From: Roseinatronobacter sp.
GTDB taxonomy: Bacteria; Pseudomonadota; Alphaproteobacteria; Rhodobacterales; Rhodobacteraceae
DNA: 50,555 bases
Direction: 5' to 3' (one strand)
Assembly: GCF_007126715.1 (NCBI RefSeq)
Contig: NZ_SLAT01000178.1
Shown: piece by piece, positions 8,870 through 17,690 of the stretch
Numbering within the stretch: position 1 is the stretch's first letter
Layout: the number at the start of each line of letters is the position of its first letter
Notes under the pieces: generated by a model
Told to the model about the DNA's origin: nothing
The model's database searches: none
Seen by the model: the letters and a program-made list of their open reading frames with translations, nothing else
Program-made: the position numbers and the translations under genes

Positions 8870-9841
8870 ATGATACTTCGCTTCAACATGGCCGCTGCGG
8901 CAGTCGCGCTGGTCGCGTCGCCCGCATTCACCCAGACAGCTTGGGATATGCCGACCCCTTACGGCGATGCCGTTTTCCACACGCAAAATATCACGGCCTT
9001 TGCGGATGAAATCCGCGAGGCAACTGACGGTGCGCTGGATATCACGGTGCATTCCGCAGGATCGCTTTTCGCACATGGGCAAATCAAGGATTCTGTGCGG
9101 CGCGGTTTGGCACCGATAGGCGAGATCCTGATGTCCCAGCTTGTAAATGAAAACCCCGTTTTCGGTGTCGACAGCATCCCCTTCCTTGCCGCCAGTTATG
9201 ACGAGGCAGAGGCGCTTTGGGCCGCATCGCGTGATGCGGTGTCAGAGGCGTTGGAAGCGCAGGGGCTGACATTGCTGTTCTCGGTGCCGTGGCCCGGACA
9301 ATCGCTGTTCCTGCGCGAGGAAGTGACAGAGCCTGCGCAGCTTCAGGGTGTCACGTTCCGCGCCTATAACAATGCAACCGAACGCATGGCGCAACTCTTG
9401 GGCATGATCCCGACGCAAGTGGAAGCGGGCGATATTCCGACTGCCTTTAGCACCGGGCGGGTGGCGTCGATGATTACATCGCCGTCGACCGGGGTATCTT
9501 CGCAGGCATGGGATTACACCAGCCATTACATTGATGTGCAGGCTTGGCTGCCAAAGAACATGGTATTCGTGAACAGTTCTGCACTGGACGCCCTGTCTGA
9601 TGAGGAGCGCAGCGCCGTTCTTGCAGCGGCAGAGGCCGCAGAGACGCGCGGGTGGGAGATGTCGCGCGCCGAGACTGACACACAGATTGCCGCGCTGGAA
9701 GAGGCGGGCATGATCGTGATGCAACCCTCTGACGCGCTGTCCGCGCGACTCTCAGAGATTGGCGAGACGATGGCCGCCGAATGGATGGACGAGGCCGGTG
9801 AAACCGGTGCGGCTGTTCTGGACGCGTTCCGCGCCGAGTAA
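8870..9841 (+). CDS. dctP: TRAP transporter substrate-binding protein (DctP family)
   Basis: Signal peptide; WDMPTPY, ITVHSAGSLF, DSIPFLA, PWPGQSL, FRAYN, AWLPKN; GGGAG RBS. Confidence 0.93.
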   Translation: MILRFNMAAAAVALVASPAFTQTAWDMPTPYGDAVFHTQNITAFADEIREATDGALDITVHSAGSLFAHGQIKDSVRRGLAPIGEILMSQLVNENPVFGVDSIPFLAASYDEAEALWAASRDAVSEALEAQGLTLLFSVPWPGQSLFLREEVTEPAQLQGVTFRAYNNATERMAQLLGMIPTQVEAGDIPTAFSTGRVASMITSPSTGVSSQAWDYTSHYIDVQAWLPKNMVFVNSSALDALSDEERSAVLAAAEAAETRGWEMSRAETDTQIAALEEAGMIVMQPSDALSARLSEIGETMAAEWMDEAGETGAAVLDAFRAE

Positions 9842-9852
9842 TCAAGACAGTC

Positions 9853-9879
9853 AGGCAGGGCCAAGCGCCCTGCCTTTTT
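9853..9879 (+). terminator. Intra-operon hairpin plus U tract after dctP (partial terminator or stabiliser)
   Basis: AGGCAGGGC-CAAGC-GCCCTGCCT-TTTT. Confidence 0.65.
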
Positions 9880-9901
9880 CTTTCGCCGAAAGGGGGCGCA
9901 G

Positions 9902-10456
9902 ATGCGCAAGGCCTTGGACGGAGTATATGCCAGTGCGCTGGCGCTTGCGTGCCTGTCGATGGTGGCGATTGCCATGCTTGTTCTGGTGCAGATCCTTGGT
10001 CGGGTGCTCGACCGCGCGCTGTATCTTTTTGGCGCATCGCCGGTCGGCTTTACCATCCCGTCCCTGTCGGATTTCGGGGGGTTCTTGTTCGTGGCGGCGG
10101 CGACGCTGGCGCTTCCTGCCACGCTTCGGGCGGGCGGGCATGTCCGGGTCAGCCTGTTGCTGAACATGGGCGGGCCAATGGTGCAGCGCGGTCTGGGTGT
10201 TCTGGTGCTGCTGGCCGCTTTGGCGCTTGCGGGGTTCGCGGCCTGGCATTCGGGGGCACAAGCCTTGGATTCCTGGCGCTTCAATTCTGTGTCTTTCGGC
10301 ATGGTGCGTGTCCCCTTGTGGATACCGCAGGGCGTCATGACGCTTGGTTTTGGCTTGTTGCTCATCGCCTTGCTGGACGAGTTGATCACAGCCTTGCGCA
10401 GTGGTGAGACTTCGTTTCAGCGTGCCGAAAAAGCGCGCAGCACCGGGGGGCACTGA
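9902..10456 (+). CDS. dctQ: TRAP transporter small permease
   Basis: Four hydrophobic segments; GGHVRVSLL and PLWIPQ motifs; lies between dctP and dctM. Confidence 0.92.
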   Translation: MRKALDGVYASALALACLSMVAIAMLVLVQILGRVLDRALYLFGASPVGFTIPSLSDFGGFLFVAAATLALPATLRAGGHVRVSLLLNMGGPMVQRGLGVLVLLAALALAGFAAWHSGAQALDSWRFNSVSFGMVRVPLWIPQGVMTLGFGLLLIALLDELITALRSGETSFQRAEKARSTGGH

Positions 10457-11760
10457 TGGACCTGCTTTCCCTGTCTATCATTCTTGTCATCACGCTGTTC
10501 GGGTTCTTGCTGGCAGGGTTGTGGGTTGGGTTTTCGCTGATGGCAGTCGCCCTTGTGGCGATGGAGCTGACACGTCCCGGCCTTGCGGGCGCAGTATTTG
10601 CGACCAAGGTCTGGGGCTCTTTGAATGTTTGGGATCTGACGGCGCTGCCGATGTTCATCTGGATGGGGGAAATCCTGTTTCGCTCTCGCCTGTCCTCGGA
10701 CCTTTTCCGGGGGCTGGCCCCGTTCACGCGCCGTTTGCCGGGCGGGTTGCTGCATGCCAATATTCTGGGCTGCGCGCTATTTGCAGCGGTGTCCGGCTCT
10801 TCCGCTGCGACCACGGCTACAGTCGGGCGCATGTCCTTGCCGGAATTGAAGAAACGTGGCTATGATTCCGATATTTCCATCGGCACGCTGGCCGGTGCGG
10901 GCACATTCGGCTTTCTGATCCCGCCGTCAATCATCCTGATCGTTTACGGGGCCGCAACCGAGCAGAGCATTGCGCGGCTGTTTCTGGCCGGTGTGCTGCC
11001 GGGGCTGATGCTGGCGTCGCTTTTCGCTGGCTATGTCATGCTGTGGTCGGTGTTCAACCGCGACAAGCTGCCTGCGCCTGAACCTGCCCCATCCTGGGCC
11101 GTGCGCTGGGATGCATTGAAGGCGCTTGGACCGACGGTGGCGCTGATATTTGCTGTCATCGGCTCGATCTATGCTGGGCTTGCCTCGCCAACTGAGGCGG
11201 CGGTGATCGGCGTTGTCGGCGCGCTGCTGATCTCAGGCTTCTCAGGGGGGCTGGACTGGGGCAGTGCGGTTGACAGTCTGCGCGGTGCTGCGATGACCAC
11301 CTGCATGATTGCCTTTATTCTTGCGGGCGCGTCATTTCTGACGGTTGCCATGGGCTATACCGGTATTCCGCGCCTTCTGGCCCAGTGGATCGGGGCGCAG
11401 GGCTATTCGCAATTCGCCCTGCTGGCCGCACTGCTGGTGTTCTTTATCATTCTGGGGTTCTTCCTTGACGGTATCTCGATTGTGGTGCTGACCACATCGG
11501 TCATTCTGCCCATGGTCATGGCTGCGGGCATTGACCCGATCTGGTTCGGCATCTTTCTGGTTTTGGTGGTCGAGATGAGCCAGATCACGCCGCCTGTGGG
11601 CTTCAACCTGTTCGTGTTGCAATCCATTACGGGGCGCGGCATTTTCCAGATTGCGCGTATGGCGCTGCCTTTCTTTCTGATCCTTGTCCTTGCGACTGCG
11701 ATCCTGTCAATATTCCCGGAGATTGCCTTATGGCTGCCGAACACGATGCTGAACCGATAG
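10456..11760 (+). CDS. dctM: TRAP transporter large permease
   Basis: ALPMFIWMGE, FAAVSGSSAAT, GTFGFLIPPSI, PTEAA, QITPPVGFNLF. Confidence 0.95.
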   Translation: MDLLSLSIILVITLFGFLLAGLWVGFSLMAVALVAMELTRPGLAGAVFATKVWGSLNVWDLTALPMFIWMGEILFRSRLSSDLFRGLAPFTRRLPGGLLHANILGCALFAAVSGSSAATTATVGRMSLPELKKRGYDSDISIGTLAGAGTFGFLIPPSIILIVYGAATEQSIARLFLAGVLPGLMLASLFAGYVMLWSVFNRDKLPAPEPAPSWAVRWDALKALGPTVALIFAVIGSIYAGLASPTEAAVIGVVGALLISGFSGGLDWGSAVDSLRGAAMTTCMIAFILAGASFLTVAMGYTGIPRLLAQWIGAQGYSQFALLAALLVFFIILGFFLDGISIVVLTTSVILPMVMAAGIDPIWFGIFLVLVVEMSQITPPVGFNLFVLQSITGRGIFQIARMALPFFLILVLATAILSIFPEIALWLPNTMLNR

Positions 11761-12287
11761 TCCCCTCCCACCCGGTCATTCCCAATATCGGGCCGGTGGT
11801 CAGCTCTGCGCATCTGGCAAATTCATCCTTGCCGGCCTTGTCTGAGGTGGAGTTTGCCCTGACGATGGCGAATAACGCCTTTCACCGATGGATGGCGCGC
11901 TGCATGACCGCCGCCGGTATGCCGGGCCTATCGCCGCTAGAGGTGCTTATTGTGCATCTGGTCAATCACCGCGCACGACCCAAGACCCTGGCCGATATCT
12001 GCCTTGTCCTGAACATAGAGGACACGCATCTTGCCAATTACGCGATCAAGAAGCTGGAGTCGCACAAGCTGGTCAAGACCGGGCGCAATGGCAAAGAAAA
12101 GTCTGTGGCGATAACCCAAAAAGGCGAGGAACTCTGTATCCGTTATGCAGATATTCGAGAAGCATTGGTCGTGCGTGCCGCGCGGCAGATGGGACATGAC
12201 CCTGCCGACCTTAGCCGTATGGCTGCGATGATGCGGGCTTTGTCCGGTGCCTATGATCAGGCGGCGCGTGCGGCGGCAGCATTGTAA
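11730..12287 (+). CDS. MarR-type winged-helix transcriptional regulator
   Basis: VVSSAHLA...LSEVEFAL, KTLADICLVLNIEDTHLANYAIKKLE, ITQKGEELC. GGAG RBS; overlaps the dctM 3' end by 31 nt. Confidence 0.85.
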   Translation: MAAEHDAEPIVPSHPVIPNIGPVVSSAHLANSSLPALSEVEFALTMANNAFHRWMARCMTAAGMPGLSPLEVLIVHLVNHRARPKTLADICLVLNIEDTHLANYAIKKLESHKLVKTGRNGKEKSVAITQKGEELCIRYADIREALVVRAARQMGHDPADLSRMAAMMRALSGAYDQAARAAAAL

Positions 12288-12397
12288 AGGGCCATGATCG
12301 GCAAGACAGTTTAGGTGTTTGAAACCGGGTGTTTAGCTGGTGCGAGCTTTGTTCAGGAATAGAAGCAAGCAACAAGGGCCATTCGCGGTTTGATGGG

Positions 12398-12791
12398 ATT
12401 GGCACAGTGACCGCCTATGGCACCTATGACATGCGCCGCTGCCACAAAGCCTGCATAGACAGACAAGCGACCTCGATCATCCTCAATTGTAAAAACGGGC
12501 GACCGCAGAAAGAGGGCCGTCCGGCATCCTGCACCCGCAACGAAAATCTGCGCGCGACCCGACACTATGGGCGTGCTTTTTCGATGCGCTCGACCCGGTG
12601 GCGTTTCATCCGCTCGACCTCAAAGTCTTGGGAGAGCGTATCATCGGGAGAGGCCAGACCACCGAAATTCAAATCTGTATTGCACTTATGAACCGCTTCT
12701 CGGCCCTCGGCGCGGCCGAGATCCCATGCCTAGCCTGAACCCAAGTGGAAAGGGGAAGTCGCGCCTCAAGCGTCCGTTACGCAACAACGGT
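12398..12791 (+). mobile_element. Decayed IS5-family (IS903 group) insertion sequence: 3' transposase fragment plus right end
   Basis: First frame IGTVTAYGTYDMRRCHKACIDRQATSIILNCKNGRP...RNENLRATRHYGRAF (12398-12580); shifted frame LKVLGERII...QTTEIQICIALMNRFSALGAAEIPCLA* (12619-12738). Both resemble IS903-group transposase C-termini. GCAACAACGG at 12781-12790 resembles the terminal inverted repeat. Confidence 0.85.
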
Positions 12792-12979
12792 CCTCCTCGA
12801 CAAAATCAGGCCGACTGTTCCAATTGCTCGAAGACGGACTCTGTGGGATTAGTTCCAAGGCTGATGGGGCAGGTCAGTTATCTTGAAGTCAGAGTCGTTC
12901 GCAAACTTTGCGACAATCATGCGATATATTTCGGATCGTGCGGGGTTTTGCCATGCAAACCGGTCCCCCTTGTTTTCGT

Positions 12980-14035
12980 TCACTGCGGATCATGCAGAGA
13001 AAGGACCATGTTCAGACGGTTTTCCATTTGTGCCAAATCATCGCTCATCCTTGACATGATTTCTTTTGGGTCAATGGGTTGCCAGTAAGCCAAAGGCGCG
13101 AAGGGCACGAAGATGTCACTTTCCAACGGAAACAAAGCGATGGTCTGCCCTTCGTGGAAGGCAAGGATGACCCTGTCGCGCTGCGCCAGTTCAAGCAAGA
13201 GTTTCTGAGGGAACTGCCTTTCTATTCGCTTAAGGGTGTCGTCCGATTCTGCGAAGGCAAGAAACTGCTGTTCCAACCCTGCAATCGGAGCGACCGCGCA
13301 TAGGCCATGCTTTCCCTTGATCGCCTTGTGTATTCGGATGTCTACCATGTTGGGCAGCAGCACTGCAGTCGCATCGCCCAAGGGATTGATGTTCAGTTTG
13401 ATACAGATGGCGTGAAGGTTCGACTTTCTGTGGCTATCGCGTCGCTGTTGGGCCTTGTAGTGATAATTGATGTTCAGCCGACACAGCGTAACCTCTTGCC
13501 CGGCCCGCTGACCCTTGAACAGGTCGGCCCCTTGCACCGCGCTCACATGGGGAAATAGCGGCCAGTGCCGAATCTTGTCTTTGCTGATAACGGGATCAGG
13601 TTCATACGTGAAACCGCGCAGTGCGATTGCCGCGCTGCGGCCGATAATCGCGCGCGTGGTCTGGCGATATACTCGGGCAGGCCGATATTGCACAAACAGC
13701 CACGCCACCAAGATGGAAATCGCGGAAAGAACTAGCAGGCGCGGAAATTCCAGAAACGGGGCAGACCAGCCGAATAATGCTATGAAAATAAATAGCACTG
13801 CCAGCGCGACCAGAGGCAAAACCAGCCGCGCGCGCCGGTCAAGACCATCACAAATATTACGGCGCAACTTTTCGAGTTCCACCACGGCGTGATCAAGTTC
13901 CGTGCTTTGCTGCCGGAGCCGTATGTCAGTTGCGCGCGCAGGGCCACCTTTGCGGGCGATGCCGATGGATGCTCCGATGCTTGCGATCCGGCGCATGATA
14001 CTGCCCCAGAGGCTGGTCGCTGAAAATCGCGTCAT
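12980..14035 (-). CDS. Hypothetical membrane protein with two N-terminal TM helices and a soluble domain (DUF3137-like layout)
   Basis: Helix ELEKLRR, then TM1 LVLPLVALAVLFIFIALFGW and TM2 LLVLSAISILVAWLFV, then GFTYEPD...DLFKG. Family assignment is by layout only. Confidence 0.65.
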   Translation of the reverse strand: MTRFSATSLWGSIMRRIASIGASIGIARKGGPARATDIRLRQQSTELDHAVVELEKLRRNICDGLDRRARLVLPLVALAVLFIFIALFGWSAPFLEFPRLLVLSAISILVAWLFVQYRPARVYRQTTRAIIGRSAAIALRGFTYEPDPVISKDKIRHWPLFPHVSAVQGADLFKGQRAGQEVTLCRLNINYHYKAQQRRDSHRKSNLHAICIKLNINPLGDATAVLLPNMVDIRIHKAIKGKHGLCAVAPIAGLEQQFLAFAESDDTLKRIERQFPQKLLLELAQRDRVILAFHEGQTIALFPLESDIFVPFAPLAYWQPIDPKEIMSRMSDDLAQMENRLNMVLSLHDPQ

Positions 14036-14144
14036 AGCGTCAGGGCCATCGGGTATGTCACGGGCTGCCTATGAGCTGCCAATCTTGTGACGTGGCAACG
14101 ATCCAAGGCTTGCGGCAAACCACAACCACTTTCCCGAAGTGCAG

Positions 14145-17100
14145 TCATGGCAGCGGGACTGGAAGTTTGACAAGGTTGCCGTGAATGTCGCGGAAGTCGT
14201 CAGGAAAATGAACCCTGATTTGCCCCGGTTCCGCTGCGGGGTTTGCCACCATCACCGATACCCGCCGTGCTTCGCTGTCCGTTTCAATGTTCAGTGCAAC
14301 CTGCGTATCTTCGGCATCTATTGCAGTAATCGCCGCTTCAAACGCGGCCCAGGGCAAAGGTGCCTGGAAGCTCAGGCTGATCGGGTATCCGTCTGAAAAC
14401 TTGTGTGGCTCGACTGACGTGATCTCAACCGTGGATGGTACGACGCCAGAAGGAAGCGTTACAATCGTGTCGGTGAAACTTGGGCCATTGCGCGCCCCGA
14501 TGCGAAATGCAGGCGCGGGCCCCGGAGTCAGCTGCGAGGTATGTACATCAAAACGGCCAGTTGAAACGTGGTGCGCCAGAACATGCCATGGTGCGCTGCC
14601 CGTCGGGCTATAGGCAACCTCTGTCTGCATGATATCCCCGGTTTCGTCCCATTCCAATCGCAGGATATCCGCACTGACCTCGACCAACCGGGAATTGGTG
14701 ATGCCGGGCACATTTGCAGAAGTCGCCAATCGGGCGCGGATCTGTGCGCCATCACGGATCACAAGCGTTGCAGCGTCTTGCTTGACCGGCAAGCTGACGC
14801 GGAAACGCTGCCAACCCATCGGATCATCAACGGGGCGTATTCGGGTTGGGTCGGCCGCCCCCAACAGGCCGACAGGCGCATGGGCCAGAAGCTGGCCATT
14901 CGTATCGTAAAGCTCTGCGATATATTGCCCGGGTCCGGGTGTGGGCCAGCCATCGACCATTCGCGACAGCGCGTGAAGCTGCAATCCCTGTCCCGGAGCG
15001 CCGATCCGACCCGTCAGAACAAGGCGTTCCGTCTGGGCGACACCGTCGGAAAGGCGATTGCCCAGATTGGCCCATCGTTGCATCGGGTTTTTATCCTGTT
15101 GCAGGTTGCCTTCCTGAAAGACTGCGAAAGTGCCTCTTGTGACAGCGGCCTGCATCCGCTCATACTCCCACTTGGTCAGTGACATGTATCGATGATGCAT
15201 CATCCAGGGCCACATCATTGAAACCAGCGTGCCGTCTGCCTCGGCGTTGCCCTCCTGCTGTGACTTGTTCCAACCGTCGAGGCCGTCCGGTGCCATGCGC
15301 CATGCCTCGATCCCGTCCTCATTGCGGCCGCGAAGCGCCTCGGCAGGGACACTGCCGGGATCGGGGCAGGCGGCATCGGGCTGCGTCGCATCTCCGGGCA
15401 CATGTTCAAGCGCGAATTCATGGCCTAGCTCATGCAGATGGACCTGAACCGTTTCGTCCAGATCTGCTGTGGTCTCGAGCACTGAGACATAGACCCGCAT
15501 TCCTGGGAAGCCGAAGCTGGTACGGTCTGTCTGTGCAACAGCCATTCCGACGGCATAACCTGCGACAAGCTCGCCGATGTATCCCTCTGGCACGAAAATG
15601 ACGATGGCATCGCCGTCATTTGTTGCCGCGTCGAGATGCTCGGCCTGTCGAAAGAGTTCTTGCCATTCGCTGAACGCGCGCAACCGGCGTTGTGCAGGCC
15701 GCTGAGCCCTCACATCCTCTGGGGTCATGGCACCTTCCAAGAAAAGAGCGAGTGACGCTATCTGATCTCTCGTCAGATCAGGCGGCGGTGGGAATGTTTC
15801 GTCACGAAGTGTGCATAGAACCTGCTGCTGATCGATGTCAGGCAGGTTCATGTCGTCAAGCAAACCCTGCCACATCTCTGCCCCTAACCGAGAGCCCGAT
15901 GCGCCACCTTCAGCCGATTGTGGGGGTGCTTGTCCAATTGGCGCACCGGAGGCATCGAAATGCAGGTCAGGAAGGGCCTGTTGATCAATCACCGGCAATG
16001 CGGCCTGGCGTATGGCACGGGCCTGACTGTGGGGAAAGAAGCTGGGCACTTGTCGCGCGGTTTCGCGCATGACCGCGCCCGCAAAAGCCTGCACATCGGC
16101 GGGCGCACCTTCTTCCCAGTCGCCGACCCGGGCAAAGGTGTAATGCAGCGTCAGCGTGTCCGGATCAGCGTCCCAGACTTCGTAATCATGTTCGGCTTCA
16201 AAGCGTGCAGCGTCGAGGGGCTCGGGGAAGGGGTCATGCGGCTCCAGATCCAGCCGCAGCGTTCCGGAGTTCGACCCCGGGCGCCAGCCGAAAAAATTCG
16301 CCGTATGCCGGGCGTGGCGGCGGTCCTCGTCTGAAAAGACGGTGTCGTCATCATGGCGCCAGATTTCCAGCGTCTGGCCACGGCGCGCTGCGCCATGTTG
16401 GCCCACCCAGCGCGGATGTCGTTCGCTGAGATTGATCTGCATCCGGAACCGGTCGGGCTGCATGTACTCGGCCACTTCCTCGTGCTTGTCCCAAGTGAAA
16501 TAGGCGCGTGTCAGTGTGGGCTTGTCGCGGGTCAGTTCACCGTCCCGGACCACCTGGAATGTGTGCAGCCGCACAGCTTCGCGGTCGCTGTCGAAGATCG
16601 GCAGCGCAAGTGCCGAGGGCACAGCACCATTTCCCGAGGGCGCCTGCACGCTCAGGTCAAGCATGGTGGAAAAATTCCAGATGTAGTCATCTTCCAGCCG
16701 TGCGCCTTCGGCGCTGATGACACCATCAGGCCCGCCGGTGATCTGTGCATAGTAGATCGTGCCGGAATAGAGGTCGTCATCTGAGGTAAAGCTGTAAGTC
16801 GAGGCACGGTCATGCCTCCATTCTCCGGAAAGGTCGAGTTGGTCACCATCGGGGGCGAGCGTGTAGACTTGAACTGCGCTTTGAAGGCTTGGAAGGTTTA
16901 CCGGCTCGCTGAAGGTGATCGAAATGTTGGGTGTCGAGTGGTTCACATTCTCGCGGTCGGGGCTCGGGGTGACGCGATCAACCTGAAAGGGAGGTTCGCA
17001 GGCGATGGGATCATTCTCGAACCGTCTTCGCTCGACGATGCACAGGCGCACAACCGACGTGCCTACAGGGCGTGCCGAAAGCTGGTGTGACTGGTCGCAG

Positions 17101-17690
17101 GGTGGGACAGACCCCCACGGTGGTTCCGTCGCCGAAAGGCACCCCACTTCCACCGAGCTGACATTGATCTGCAAGCCGTCCGGGTTGCGGTCTATGCGGG
17201 CAAAGCCGTTTTCAGTCAGTAGCATGGCGTCATCGTGCCCCAATGACCGTACCGCGCGCCCTGAGGGCGTCAGGAAATTGGTCCCCATCCCCGCCAATGC
17301 GGTAGGGGATGTATTCATGCCGCCCAGTTGGGAAAACGCGACATGACTCACGCCTTGTTCGCTTGGGGCACCGAGGGTCATAAAGACGATGGCACCCTCT
17401 TCTCCCGGCACATTCAGCGTCGCGTCGATATTGATACCGCGGAGCAGGGCGCGGCCCTCACCTTCAAGTTCGGCCGTCCAGGTACCCTGCGCGCTCAGGC
17501 GCCAGACCACATCGACCGCGCCACTGGCAGTTGCATCGCGGGTATGGCGCTCGGGGGCGGGGGGGTGTTCAAAGGTGAAGGTCTCGCGCGCCTGAAGCTG
17601 GGGCGCCAGCGGCACCAAGGCAGAGAACAGGCCAAGGATGATGGCGGCCAGAACAGGCCGGATCAGGGGGTCAGAACGGTGCGCCGGCAT
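14145..17690 (-). CDS. Large secreted Ig-like-domain protein with a metzincin-type zinc-binding motif
   Basis: Signal peptide ending LQA; Big_5-like domain (VTPSPDRENV...ISITFSEPVN...YIWNFST); HELGHEFALEH; downstream SMMWP (possible Met-turn); second Ig-like C-terminal domain ending FRDIHGN. GGAG RBS before ATG 17690. Confidence 0.8.
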   Translation of the reverse strand: MPAHRSDPLIRPVLAAIILGLFSALVPLAPQLQARETFTFEHPPAPERHTRDATASGAVDVVWRLSAQGTWTAELEGEGRALLRGINIDATLNVPGEEGAIVFMTLGAPSEQGVSHVAFSQLGGMNTSPTALAGMGTNFLTPSGRAVRSLGHDDAMLLTENGFARIDRNPDGLQINVSSVEVGCLSATEPPWGSVPPCDQSHQLSARPVGTSVVRLCIVERRRFENDPIACEPPFQVDRVTPSPDRENVNHSTPNISITFSEPVNLPSLQSAVQVYTLAPDGDQLDLSGEWRHDRASTYSFTSDDDLYSGTIYYAQITGGPDGVISAEGARLEDDYIWNFSTMLDLSVQAPSGNGAVPSALALPIFDSDREAVRLHTFQVVRDGELTRDKPTLTRAYFTWDKHEEVAEYMQPDRFRMQINLSERHPRWVGQHGAARRGQTLEIWRHDDDTVFSDEDRRHARHTANFFGWRPGSNSGTLRLDLEPHDPFPEPLDAARFEAEHDYEVWDADPDTLTLHYTFARVGDWEEGAPADVQAFAGAVMRETARQVPSFFPHSQARAIRQAALPVIDQQALPDLHFDASGAPIGQAPPQSAEGGASGSRLGAEMWQGLLDDMNLPDIDQQQVLCTLRDETFPPPPDLTRDQIASLALFLEGAMTPEDVRAQRPAQRRLRAFSEWQELFRQAEHLDAATNDGDAIVIFVPEGYIGELVAGYAVGMAVAQTDRTSFGFPGMRVYVSVLETTADLDETVQVHLHELGHEFALEHVPGDATQPDAACPDPGSVPAEALRGRNEDGIEAWRMAPDGLDGWNKSQQEGNAEADGTLVSMMWPWMMHHRYMSLTKWEYERMQAAVTRGTFAVFQEGNLQQDKNPMQRWANLGNRLSDGVAQTERLVLTGRIGAPGQGLQLHALSRMVDGWPTPGPGQYIAELYDTNGQLLAHAPVGLLGAADPTRIRPVDDPMGWQRFRVSLPVKQDAATLVIRDGAQIRARLATSANVPGITNSRLVEVSADILRLEWDETGDIMQTEVAYSPTGSAPWHVLAHHVSTGRFDVHTSQLTPGPAPAFRIGARNGPSFTDTIVTLPSGVVPSTVEITSVEPHKFSDGYPISLSFQAPLPWAAFEAAITAIDAEDTQVALNIETDSEARRVSVMVANPAAEPGQIRVHFPDDFRDIHGNLVKLPVPLP

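Noticed and set aside
12329-13088. ORFs 12329-12691 and 12567-13088 as intact genes
   Set aside because: They are explained by the frameshifted IS fragment and flanking non-coding DNA.
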